The notes beneath the pieces are model-generated. The model saw nothing but the letters and a program-made list of their open reading frames with translations. It was not told the origin of the DNA and made no database searches. Made by a program: the position numbers and the translations under genes. This document shows, piece after piece, positions 38,863 to 51,398 of a stretch of 64,000 bases of DNA (its first letter is position 1; each line of letters starts with the position of its first letter). The stretch spans positions 4,329,686 to 4,393,685 of the forward strand of contig JBNZDD010013690.1 in the NCBI GenBank assembly GCA_050575255.1, written 5' to 3'. Source of the DNA: Harriotta raleighana (Eukaryota).

Positions 38863-39067
38863 TTAAGTTGGCGGTGGAGTACAGAAGAGCAGGGATTTGT
38901 AGTCAGGTGGTGGAATGCAACAATTGATCTTTAACTCAGATATATTGAGCTGGTCCAAATTCTCACATGTTTGAATGCCATCGTTTCCATAACACTGACG
39001 GGAACTGCGAGCGCTTGACTGATTGGCAGCTTCGGAGAATGTAATCTCCTTGGCTGATGCTTTCAAC
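38863..39067 (-). CDS. FLT1: FLT1 terminal coding exon (exon 30 equivalent) with stop
   Basis: ttttcccag|G TTG...TAA; LKASAKEITF...KINCCIPPPDYKSLLFCTPPPT*, matching the FLT1-type CCxPPPDY C-terminus; adjacency to PAN3 supports FLT1 rather than KDR or FLT4. Confidence 0.92.
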
Positions 39068-40550
39068 CTGGGAAAAAAAAAAAGCCACAAAATACAATAC
39101 TGTACTTTCAGTGTCAGGTGCAATTCAAAACGTTTGCTTTGATTTCATGCAAACAGACACGAGAAACCTGACACATATGAATACAAATCCCACTCATACA
39201 AATGAGTACTCCTAAAAAAAGGAACGAGATTCTGGCAGCTTTTTTTATATATATATATAGTGCCTATCCCATGTAGTAGGCTCGGATCCTGACCCCTGAC
39301 CCAATCCTTGGGACGTCCTCCTGACATGAAAAGCACTCAAAATTACAAATGTAATTTTATTGTCGGTGTTATAGTTGTGGTGACTTTTTTTTACATCAAA
39401 GCCCCACAAACAGCCACAAAGTGATTAGAGGAGAATTCATATGGAATTATTTGGCTAATTGTTGTCTTTTCTCTTGTGGATCGCTTTGTGCCAATTACTG
39501 CTGAATTTGCCAGCCACGGTATGTTACAGCTTACTCCAGTGTGGTTGAGAATTTGAGTAAGTTGGACTCTCTTGGTTTATAAGGTGTAGTTAGTGTCTGA
39601 CCGTATTTCAAAATGACAAGAGTTAACAACATTCTCTGTGTATTACAGTGAAGGATGGTTTAAGGACGATTTAAAAAAAATTCCGCTCTTCTGTGTGGCC
39701 CTTATTTGAAGATAAAATGATCTTACATGACATTTCTGGTGTCAAGTGGGACTTGACAGCACTAGAAGGCTGTATTTACAGTGTAGCCCTGCTATGGAAG
39801 GCAAGATTGCTATTGATATATCAAAGTAACACACTTGACTGAAGCATGCCACATTCCCTCCCATACCTCCTTCAAGGTGCACCTCAAAACTCTTCTTTTC
39901 AATCTCTCCCTTGGTTCTGCGCTCCACCCTCCCCAATACCGACCCGCAGCTCGGGTCCAATTCCCTGGCCGTTCAGCACCTTAGGACATCCTCCCCAGGT
40001 GAAAGGAGCTACACAAACATAATTTTGTATTGTATTGTGTATGACTGTTTAAAAAAAAGTTCTGCAATACTCAATCTATTTCTGTTTTGCAGCTAAAGCA
40101 AGTAAAAGAGAAAACAAATCTATTCTTTGCTTTAGGAAACAGGAAAGTGCAGGAAGGAGTGAGAAAGCAGTCAGGACTTTTACTCTAAACGTTGCCATCT
40201 AATTAAGTAGAATGTATGGCAAAGACAGCAGATAATTGATGGGATACTGATAAATGGCTAAGCTTGACTGAAAAATTAAGCTCCTGCTGTAAGTTGCCTT
40301 GGTTGTCCAGATTTCAAATGATGTTTACGCAGCACAAATTTACCCCTACTCTCAAAATGCATTTTGTCAGAAAAAGGACTTCCTACTTAATCACCTTCCT
40401 GCAAGTTTAGGACAGACACGCACGGTGCCAAAATTTCATGTGTTCCTTGCTGCACACAATTTCGTTTTGTACTAGATGTCTCGTATTTTTCCTGGCATCC
40501 GTTTCCTGTTATAATTACTGCATACAGTATTGTGTATTGTGTACACTCAC

Positions 40551-40645
40551 CCAAAAGACTGAAAGAGGCCAGCTTTGCTCTCCAACCACATTAGATGCCT
40601 CATCTCTTCCGAAGCTAAAACCATCCCACTGTCAGTTTGATAATC
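40551..40645 (-). CDS. FLT1: FLT1 exon 29 equivalent (95 nt)
   Basis: ttttctcag|GAT...GG|gtgagt; DYQTDSGMVLASEEMRHLMWLESKAGLFQSF. Confidence 0.92.
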
Positions 40646-43427
40646 CTGAGAAAAAAGCAACAGTTACAGTATTCAGACCTGCCATGTGGTGTGAATTAAC
40701 ATTTAGATTATCGTATATCCCTTACAGAAATCTCAAAGCTCTATATAAGTGTAACAAAATAAATCTAAGAACAATAATAAACCTTGCATTTAGAAATTCA
40801 AAATTCAAAAAGGATTCAAAAAGTGTGAAGCCTATGTAATCCAGAAACATTTTTGTTTGCTGTGTTTCATTAGATCACATTTGTCCACAGAGCACACACA
40901 TACTCCACTTTACAGTATAACCTTGAAGCGCTTAAGCACTTTGAGGGCATTCTTCTGACATGAAAGGTGTTATATCAAATACAGTATAAGGATTGTATTT
41001 CTTATCATGTCTCATACTGACTCATAACAAGTCTCACTTGTATAATTTTTTTATTGAGAATTGTATTGTACATAAAAGCAGCAGCCAATTTGCCCACTCT
41101 AATGTCCCACACAGAGCCATGAAGTGAATGATTGATTTTATTTGAGGGATCTTTGCCTGGATTTCGGGAGAAATTCCCTTCGCTTTTCAAATAGTGCCAG
41201 GGATCTATAACGTCCACTTGAACAGGCAGACAGGACTGCAGTTTTGTAATCTCATCTGTAAGAACGGCCCCTCCAACAATGCAGTGTTTCCTATACATCT
41301 CAATGGAGTGTCAGTGTATATTGTGATTTCAAAATCCCAATGTGAGGCTTAAACCATAACCTTCTAATTCAGAGGTGAGAATGGTGGGCTGACTGACGCC
41401 TTTCATGTAGAATGATCGTTTCATAGCACTTCATAAACATTGTACAATATGCACACTGAACACAGAGAAGAAAGAGAGGATGAACGATTTTACACAAAAG
41501 ATATGTTTTCAGGAGGTTTTGAAGGCCAGGTGAGAGAGTAAGCGAGGAAAATAGGGTTTGAAAGAGACTTCCTGGGGACAAGGATTGACAGTTCTACCAC
41601 TTATGGTGGTATAGAGGGAGTGAGTAGTGAACAAAACACAAGAATTGAAGGAGCAAATGGTACAAGTCTGGATGACAAAAAGAAGTCTCGCATATGGATT
41701 CATTAAAATATTACGAGAAAATAGCTTACATATATGGGAAATTCATAATAAAAATGCAAGCACATGTACATTAATTCTAGTTGGACCTTACATACACTGG
41801 GAATCACTTTAACAAGGAATATAGGAGGTCCCTGTGCTTAAGGAAACTTTACTTGAAACTAATTGACATGAACTATATTTGATAATTTAAAAATAACATA
41901 ACATCCTCCTTACGTTTTACTTTTTGGTGATCTCCAAATCAGGCCAACCCAGAAACTAAATTAAGGGTTGCCCAGTGGTTTACAGTTGTTTTTTTTTCAT
42001 TCCACTTCCTCTCTGTTTCATTGCCCTTGATTAATATTTCTCTCATTAACCTACCATTTTGGGAAGTTGTTATGTCTGACAGAGTTCCTCCTGTCTGTCA
42101 TAAGTTTTTGTACACTCTTGCCAATCATCTTGATTGCACTCATTTAGACCTTAAGGTCAATTGTTAAATACCGAGACTGCGATTAAATACATTTTTGTGA
42201 AAAAACAACCAGGTTTAGTTTTACAAAAAGAAAAAAAAATCATTGAGTGCCAGAAATTCACTGCAAGTCAATCAGCATCTTAAGGAAAGAGATAGATTAA
42301 TATTTAAAATAGGATCTTTCATCAGAACTCTTTTTTTTCTCAGATTTAATAGCTCCCTGCTTTGATGCACCCATCCGAGTGTAGAAAAACAAATTTGGCA
42401 ATGCAGTTACTCACAACTGAAGGAAACTGAATGAGTTTGGTGCTGGAGTGAGAAGCCAGATTTATACAATCCACTCCATAATAGCCAGGGAAAGGAAACA
42501 AACACCCCAACTATTGTGCGACTCTACGTGCAAATTGTCACACAGACTAAGTGATGGTTCAAGAGATTTGAATGACTGGTTGACTCAAATGGCACCAGTG
42601 TCTGGGTGTTTGTACTCCACACAAGCCCCTACCTCTCCTATTCCCATCACCTATAACCCTCTACTTCTCTCTCACTAATATATCTGAAATGAACACACCT
42701 GATTATTGATAGCCACTTTTCTGCCTCTTCTAATATAACTACAAAACCAGTAGATTCCAGCAAAAAAAGAAACACACTGAAATTATAATCAGAAATACAT
42801 AGTCACTTCTCTCCCTCTAGCATGGATAGTCCTGATCTGCACAGACTTATGATCAAACTGTATCACATTACACACAAAGATTATGTTTTTTGAACATTAT
42901 ACTTAATGCAAAAGGGTAGGTATGGCCCCAAGGAATCCAAAGAAATCTAAAATTATATTGTTTGGTTTATCATAATCTGATAAGCATTGAGTGTGTAATT
43001 AGAGATTTAAAATGGGATTTCTCGATAGGAACTCTGAGTAGCTAGAACAAGGACATCAGACAAAGCCGTGGGAACTCCACTCAACAGGATCTACATTCAG
43101 AGCAAAGTGAACTCAGCTTGTGTGACTCGGCATCTTTGTAGTTACAGTACTATTGTGCACATTTGAGAAGCGCATGATATATATGATACAATAATAATCC
43201 TTGATTTGGTACAGTACCTTATCATGTCAGAAGGACATCTCAGTGCCCTTCACAAATTTAACGTGCAATAGAGTGACTGTTTTTGTAGGCAAATAGTATA
43301 TATTATACTGTACTATATATCATATTGAAGGATGCCATTGTAGTTGCATTGTAGCCCTTATGTCTTGAAACAAAGCAGAGATTATGAAATAGTAGAGAGC
43401 AGGCTGCAGAATCACCAGAAAACATAC

Positions 43428-43512
43428 ATCAATCGAAGCTGTAAGCTCAGGTGGCAGCTCTTCAAATGTCTTTAAAGTCCAAGTTTCCTTCTTCATACAA
43501 GTATTAATATAC
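43428..43512 (-). CDS. FLT1: FLT1 exon 28 equivalent (85 nt)
   Basis: cattgcag|G TAT...GAT|gtatgt; YINTCMKKETWTLKTFEELPPELTASID (YxN and KTFEEL motifs). Confidence 0.92.
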
Positions 43513-46080
43513 CTGCAATGACAGACATGTTAAATGCTGGACCCAGACCAACTTTTAAGTGAAGACAAAACATTTTCTTTTAAGTCATTCACCTGGCGAT
43601 AGTTGTTTCACCAACTGTGGGTGAGCTGCAAGTTCAAATGGAAGCAGTTTGTCATTCATATCCCACTGAAAGATCAAACCCTTGTACAGAATTATGACTG
43701 AACTGTAATATCCTGCTGAGAATATTTACCGGTGGCCTCAACAAAGGTATTTGTAACTAGAACGTCTGAATCAACGGATGCCACAGAGTTATATGGGTAA
43801 GCAGGATGTTCTTAGGAGACGGATATCATTCTGAGACTTGCAGCCACCTAAGATGAATGGCGAAAAAGCATTTAATATGGAGAAATGGACGATAATGCCC
43901 AACTGTGCAAAAACTAACCAATTTGGAGCTTTATTATTAAATGAAGCGTAGCAGGAAAATGATGTGTGTGTTCCAGTGACAAAACGTACAATGACATTGT
44001 ATTAACATATTAGGTAGTAACCACTAAGGCAAATAGAGTGATAGGGGGGCATCCGGTGGTCAATTGACCAAAGGGATAAAAAGCCACATTCCGGAAAGCA
44101 TTTCTGAGCCATATTAATGTAAATGCAGATTGCCAGACTCACTATAAACAGAGCTCCCACCAAGATCCCTGTCATTGGAATTATGAAATACAGTGAGTCA
44201 CATGGATGTCAGTTAAACAGAATAAAAAACACTAATTCAACAAGGGGTTAAAGGGTTTATGAGCTTGATGAATGTTTCTCTTCCCCATTTCCCTTCTAGA
44301 CTTGGTCTGCCTTCGGAAACCAAAAATTGTCTGGTGTTTCCAGCTGACGTGTATAGGATCTGCCAAAAACCTCTGCGGTTTGGCTTTTAAGAGGAGTGTG
44401 TTGATGTCCAACAGTTCATCTCCTCATCTCAAACTTATATTCCAACTGAAATCCTAGCACTTTGGTCTACCAGAAGCTAAAGGTCGTGGTTCAAGGCCAG
44501 ATATTTTGGTCTCTTACATGATCATTTCAATATTATTCTTTGTGCTGTGAGTATGATTTGCATTGGATCAGAAATGGAAACAGTAACACATAAATACAAC
44601 ATTTTACAACTCAACATTTTTCCTTCTTTTCTAAACCCAAGGCAGCAGACCTTTAGTTTGTATTTACAGACGAGTCTTTTCCTCAAACACAATGCAAAAC
44701 CAACATCAAAGGCTACTATTAGCCTTGAAATTTGAATCGTGAAAACACCACAGCCAAGCATCCCTCCCCTCTCCTATTCAAACTCCTGTACATATTGTAT
44801 TCTTTTTACTTGAATTTGAGTTTAAATTGCGCACAAACTCTATTTTATTTGGTAAGGTTAATAATAAATTTTGTAGTAACTTGGAAATTGCTTTTGAGGA
44901 AGTAAGCTCTAAAACGTGGCAAGTCCTTAATTTACACCAATTGGTTGAAACTCCTTCCAACTCAATCTACTTTCAGATCAGAGTTTGCACAAGGTGGATG
45001 AAGTAATACAGGGAAGAATACCCAATCCTGGATTCTGCAATCCAGCTTGAAATCATGATATCTGTGTCCTATATCCTGATTCTTGATCAACTTTAATTTA
45101 GCCTGAACACAATCTCGATGGGAAAAAAATATCTCTGACATGTTACAACAAAAGAGAAATGAAACATAATTTATTTACAGTCAATATTTTAACTTTCAAC
45201 ACTTAAGGCAGCAAGACACCCTGTCGGACGTAAAGACACAGTTTAATGTGAACATGTATAGGCGGAGTTGTAAACGGGAAAAACATTTTTTTTTTAAGTG
45301 CATCGTTTAGAAGATTTCAATGAATAACAGTCAGGAGCAGGAATATAAGATGATTTTCTCTTCATTAATACAGGGACAATTCTACCACCCAACTGCTATC
45401 TTAGATGGGGTCAACTAATTAATAATAATAATCCTTGCATTTGATATAGTCTTCTAGATGTGAAATAACTAACACTCAGATGTTTACAATTATTGGAAGA
45501 TTTCAGGACAGTAATAGTGAGAGTACAGCTAAAATGGTGACTTTTATCTGGATCAAATCAATTTGGTAATTAGTGTACAACAACAAAATAACAACATTAC
45601 ATTGGTAGAGCGCCTTTTACGCTGCAAGGACATCCCAAGGTTCTACCCATGAGGGAGAAGAAAATAGAGGTTGCAATATGGGAGAGAGGGAGAGAGGGTT
45701 ATAGCAGAGTCAACTCGAGTGGAGGATAAACACCGACAAGAGCTAGTTATTCCGAGTGTCTTTTATCGTGCTTTACAGTCTATGTAATACAACAACAAAA
45801 TTACATTTGTATGGTGCCTTGCTGTAATACTGTTTAGTATGGACCTTAATACAGTATATCAGAATTTATATCATCATTTAGTTTAGGACTGAAGTGAGGG
45901 ACTCGTTCTGTAAGATGTTGAATGTCACAGGTTAGAATCAATAGTCTTGACAGTGACCTATGTAGCACCCACTCTGTAAAACCAGTGATTTTCTCTTGCC
46001 TTGACACAGAACCTTTCTTGCGGAAAATGACCAAACATTTTCTCGAGCCAGTCATGAATAATAGTGAAATGCAACCTCAC

Positions 46081-46220
46081 CCGATACTTCCTGCACGCTC
46101 ATAATTAATGTTCGAGTTCTCCACTCTGTCTCTTAAGCACAAAGCTGCAGGTGCAGGAACTGAACAGTGACCACTGTTTGATACCAGCATGGTGTTCAGT
46201 GGAATGTAATCCTTTCCATC
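46081..46220 (-). CDS. FLT1: FLT1 exon 27 equivalent
   Basis: ccttgcag|GAT...GG|gtgagg; DGKDYIPLNTMLVSNSGHCSVPAPAALCLRDRVENSNINYERAGSI (contains the Y1169-equivalent YIPL site). Confidence 0.93.
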
Positions 46221-46863
46221 CTGCAAGGTAGGAAGGCAACATTTGGTCATTTATTCAATGACTGTTTGTGGGATACTGTTGTGTACAATTGGCAGCTGTG
46301 TTTTGCCCACAAAAAACACAGTCAATCCACTTTGCAGTATATTCCGTGGAGCGTCTCAGCAATGTAATAAGGTGCTTTATCAAATTGCAACGATTATTAC
46401 TATGATTAATTTAATGTTTTACCTCTGCATTGTTTGTACATTAAGCGAAGGCATTACATGGCTGAGAAATAGAATTGGTTTCGCTGTTGCATCTAGTCTG
46501 AGCTTCAGTTCTCTCGGTTCAGCTCAGGCTCAGTCCCACCCTGAAAAATGAGCTACTGGAAGAGCAGGTTGACACCTCCTCTTTCCAGGCTATAACACTC
46601 ACTTAAAGACCATAAAAAAGGTGGTTGGTGGGACATTGCTTTGCACAAATTGGCTGCCATGTTTGCCAACAAATACATGGTCACTAAACATTACAGAGAA
46701 GCATATACGGGTGTCATTGCAAAAAAATATGCCATATGCAATGATAATTGTTTTTAGGATAATATTTAACTGAAAAAATACTTGATGGAAATTATTTGTG
46801 GGACTTTGAACCTAGTCTTTTTCTAAGGACATTTAGTGCATTGGATCAATAATATCTGGGTAC

Positions 46864-46969
46864 CTGTTGAACATTTGCCTGCAGTAAATCTCCAAGTCGT
46901 CTCACAAGCTCAGAGAAAGTGGGTCGTTCTTTCGGATCACTGTGCCAGCAGTCAAGCATTGTTTGATAA
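46864..46969 (-). CDS. FLT1: FLT1 exon 26 equivalent
   Basis: ttttctag|T TAT...CAG|gtaccc; [35 protein letters not shown]. Confidence 0.95.
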
Positions 46970-47174
46970 CTAGAAAAATAAACCAATGAAGATTTAGCTG
47001 ACTTGACTGTAAAATAAGCAGTTAAAGACAGTAATGTTTCTTATCTTTTTGGTGAAAATCAGCAAGAAAATAATAAACAGACATTCATGTTAATACCACA
47101 TCACCCACCTCTTACCATACCTCACACCCAACCAACTGAAGCCCTCGTTCACACATTCATACAAGGAGTCCTGT

Positions 47175-47777
47175 AATAATAATAATAATAATAATCCTTG
47201 CATTTGATATAGTGCTTTTCACATCTTATCAACGTCCCAAAGCGCTTCACAGAATATACTGTAAAGTGAATCGACTGTATATTTGTGGGCAGAACGCGGC
47301 AGCCAATTGCGCACAGCAGCGTCCCCACAAACAGTCATGGATTGAAATGAACAATTTTATTATTGTAGTTTTTTTTGGAGGGATTATTATTAGGCATGTG
47401 GAGTAAGGAAACTCCAAGGTTTCGCCCTGTTCTGCCTGGATTCGAACACCGGCCTCATGCTTGTTAAGGCATGTAAGGTGAGTGCTCTAACCACTGAGCC
47501 ACAGGAGCTCCACTGTAGCTCAGTTGTTAGAGTATTCGCCTCACAAACAAGAGATCTGGGCTTGATTCCCGGCAGGTTGAAACCTTGGGTAAGTATCCTT
47601 ACTCCACATGCCTAATAATAATCCCTCAAAAAAAAAATCAATAATAATTTTGTCACTCAATCCACGACTGTTTGTGGGATATTGCCGTGTGCCACAAATA
47701 TACAGTTAATTCTCTGAAGCACGTCTAGAAGATGTGAAAAGCGCTATATCAAATGCAAGGATTATTATTATTATATT
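47175..47777. mobile_element. Head-to-head pair of young tRNA SINEs (- 47175-47508; + 47510-47777); duplicate at 29853-30455
   Basis: Two family copies in opposite orientation, abutting at their tRNA heads. Confidence 0.88.
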
Positions 47778-48454
47778 ATGCCCTCCACACCAGTCTCTTC
47801 AGCTCCATCGCACGCACAAGTCAAAATGATCCAAAACTTCACTCCTTGTATTCTCATCCATTCTAATCACTCCAGTGCTTGATGGGCTCCACTGGCTCAT
47901 ATTGCAGAATGGATAGATTTCCGGATCCTCACATTTACTTACAAATCAATTCACACCCTAGCACCTCCCTACTTCTCCGACCTCCTTACATCCCACTCCA
48001 TTATGTATTCTATTGGTGGCTGTACTATCAGCCAAATTTTGGAACTCACTGCTTCAATCCATCCACCTCACCCCCTCCTTGCCCATTTTCAGATATCTGC
48101 AGACCTTCTCTTTGACTGTGCGTATGGTCAACTAATAATAATAACAATCCTTGCATTTGATATAGCGCTTTTCATACATTCTAGACGTCTCAAAGCACGT
48201 CGCAGAATATACTGTAAAGTGTATTAACTTTCATGAATTCACTTAGCAAATAACCATAATAATAATGAGGATAATCCTTACATTTGATTTTGCTTCTTTC
48301 ACATTGGAAGAGCATCTCAAACTGCTTCACATGCTTTATTGTGGAGCAACTGTACAATTTGTAGGCGAACGCAGCACTTCTATTGTACACAGCAATATCC
48401 CATAAACTGCCATGAAACAAATTGGGAATATAACACTCATATGGAGATTGCAAT

Positions 48455-48765
48455 TCTCTAGCCCAGTGGTTAGAGCGCTTGCCTTACCAGCATGGGACCT
48501 GTGTTCAAATCCAGGCAGATCAGGGCAAAACCTTGGGCAAGTTTCCCTAATCCACATGCCTAATAATAATCCAAAAAAAACACAATAATAAAATTGGACA
48601 TTTTAATCCATGACTGTGTGTGGGACGCTGCTGTGCACAATCGGCTGCCGCATTTCGCCCACAAATATACAGTCAATTCACTTTACAGTAAATTCTGTGA
48701 AGCGCTTTGAAATGTTGATAAAATGTGAAAAGCGCTATATCAAATGCAAGGATTATTATTATTAT
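48455..48765 (+). mobile_element. Young tRNA SINE
   Basis: A and B boxes, family body, (ATT)n tail. Confidence 0.9.
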
Positions 48766-49323
48766 AATGGTCAGAAATGTTCCCAAAAAATAAGAGAATA
48801 ACCCCAAAATTGTTCTAAAGTTATCTAAGAACAGTCAACCAGTCTTTACCAAAATTGCAAAATCATATCCACAGGGATTTCTACATTTAAAGGGAGCCTG
48901 ATGTGAATCCAGACACAGGCAGGAAAACAGCCAAACATTGACTGCAGTGGTTTTGCTGATGTTCTTCCTGCTTTCAAAGTAACTGCAGAGATTCTCAGGG
49001 AAAATACACAGACAAGCAAGTATGGTCTCTGGGAATCCTGGAGGACCTCTGTGTTCCTTCATAGTTCATTCTTTCTCAGCCTGAGTCAGCAGCATTCATT
49101 GACATCCTGAACTGCTTTCCCAATATTGTGAAATCGCAGTGAATGCCAGGGATTGGGAAGATATTCTCCAAGAAAATCACGAAGCCGAAAGAGACCTCTC
49201 CTCCCCCCATCCCCTACCCCAGGAAAAAAAGTAATATCTAGCAAAAAAAGAGTGAAAATCAAAGCAGAAAAATACCTTAAACACAAAAAAATTAATTATT
49301 AAGTAGGAAGAGTTATTTGTGGA

Positions 49324-49640
49324 TTCCTGTAGCATATTGGTTAGAGCACTCACCTCGCACACAAAAGGCCTTGGGTTTGATTCTATGGGAAAGCGAAATG
49401 TTAGAGAAGTTTACTTACTCCACACAGCTGTTTACTTAGCAGTAAGTAAGAACCCAGTTGTCACTTAATTGGCTGATCGCTTTCTGGGATAATAATCCTT
49501 GAATAATAATAATTTGGCCATTCAATCCATGTCTGTTTGTGCAATTGGCTGCCCATTTCACCCACAAAATACACAGTCAATTCACTTTATCACTAAACAA
49601 CGTGATAAGATGCTTTACCAAATGCAATGATTATGATTAT
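49324..49640 (+). mobile_element. Older, longer variant of the tRNA SINE with an extra CORE-like segment
   Basis: Head plus CACAGCTGTTTACTTAGCAGTAAGTAAGAACCCAGTTG segment that the young copies lack. Confidence 0.65.
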
Positions 49641-51180
49641 AAATAGTTATTTATATAATAACATACATTTTACAGCAATGTTCCTGTGTATTTCCTGGGT
49701 GATTTCACGAAAGGCACCTAAATTCATATATCCGAGTAATGGATTCTATATGTTTCTTGGTTGTGTTGTGACTCATGTGTATAAATGAAAGTCACCAAGG
49801 AAATAGGAAGTACGGTAGGAAGTACAGGAAATCCATAGTCTACAGGAAACGTCTGATTGTGATCTGAGAAAGAGAGAACCACTTTTTCAATTTAATGCTG
49901 ACAAGCAGACATCTTACTTTACTGGTCCTACTTAAGTAAAAACATCAGAGAATCAATATTTCAAGTTGTTTTATTCCATTGTTCACTGAGGAGATTCACG
50001 AAAGCTTTGATCCATGACTCGAAAGAACCGTTTTCACACAGTATTTTGACCAAGGATTATTATGGTTTGCAGAATAAAGAGTTGGGAAAAAAATCTTGTG
50101 ACTGTGGGTTAATGAGACACCATTTCCAAACTGTTATTCCTGGGAATGGGAAATTTCATGAAGATTATAGCTTTGGAAGGCTCATTACCATGCTCAATTG
50201 GCTGCTGCGTTTCACCCACAAAAGACACAGACAATTCACTTTACAATATATTCTGTGAAGCGCTTTGAGACGTCTCAATGACATGATAAGACCCTATATC
50301 AAATGCAAGGATTATTATTATCATTTTAGCTATCAGTGTGTCCTATGGTAGATCTATCTTAAAAATGTTATTTAAATTAACATTAGAAAACTTTTAGCAT
50401 CAGAGCTAATCAGCCTTGAAGACATTGTTTCATTGTATAACTGTCCTTCTCCATTGTGCAGACACATTAAAGTTCATCACAAGCTTCTTTACTACAGCTG
50501 CAACATTGCTTGACCAACTAAAGCCAATCCAGTACTGCCTATTGCTGGAAAAAGACCAGTCAGCAAAACTGCAGTAACTGCATGAATGTTTAAAGAAGTG
50601 CTAACAGTAAAATTCTCTTTAAGTGAGATTGGATCGTTTCATTTGAACATGATAGTGAAATCATTTTAAATATTTTAAAGTTTCATGAACAGTAATACCT
50701 GTATAGAATTTTTCAAAATATATTCCCGATGTGTAATGAGTGATCACATTTTTTTTGAGGGATTATTATTAAGGAAACTTGCCAAGGTTTCACCCTGACT
50801 TGCCTGGATTCGAACACAGGTCTCGTGTTTGAAAGGCGAGTGCTCTAATCACTGAGCTACAGGGACTCAACATTAAAGCCTTTAAATGCAACAGCCAATC
50901 TACCCACAGCAATATCATCACATACGTGAATGAAGGGAACTACTAATTTACTTTCTAGGACTGGGAGAAACTCCCTTATCATTTTGAATAGTGCTGTAGA
51001 TTTTTATTGCCTGGAGTGCACAGCGGTCTCAATTTTACTCCCTTAATAATAAAAATAATCTTTGCATTTGATGTAATGCTTTATCATATCATTGAAACAT
51101 CTCATCTGAAAAATGATACCTTCAACAATGCTGTACATCCCTAGTGCTGCTTTGGAGTGCCAGTCTGGCTAGACCATATG

Positions 51181-51279
51181 AGTTCTTTTACTGGTGTAGT
51201 GGTGATCGAATTTTAACACATGGATAACCCACCATTGAAATCTTTTAGGGGTGATCACCACTTCACTAGTAAAAGAACT
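51181..51279. repeat. 99-bp hairpin with 27-bp inverted arms
   Basis: AGTTCTTTTACTGGTGTAGTGGTGATC and GATCACCACTTCACTAGTAAAAGAACT, 2 mismatches. Confidence 0.85.
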
Positions 51280-51398
51280 GGGAGATGCTGCTGCAAATCA
51301 GAGAACTTTTTGTTCTTACTTTTCTTTACAATTCCACTATCTCCAATGATGTGACAGAGATCCCAAAGAAACTTCTGATGGTAGAGGGTAAAAGTCTT

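Larger units (their letters stand above)
30485..47796 (+). repeat. 17,312-bp direct repeat, copy 2
   Basis: Starts TTCCCTCCTTCACCC (=13163), ends CCACACCAGTCT (=30474), then continues into unique sequence. Confidence 0.97.
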
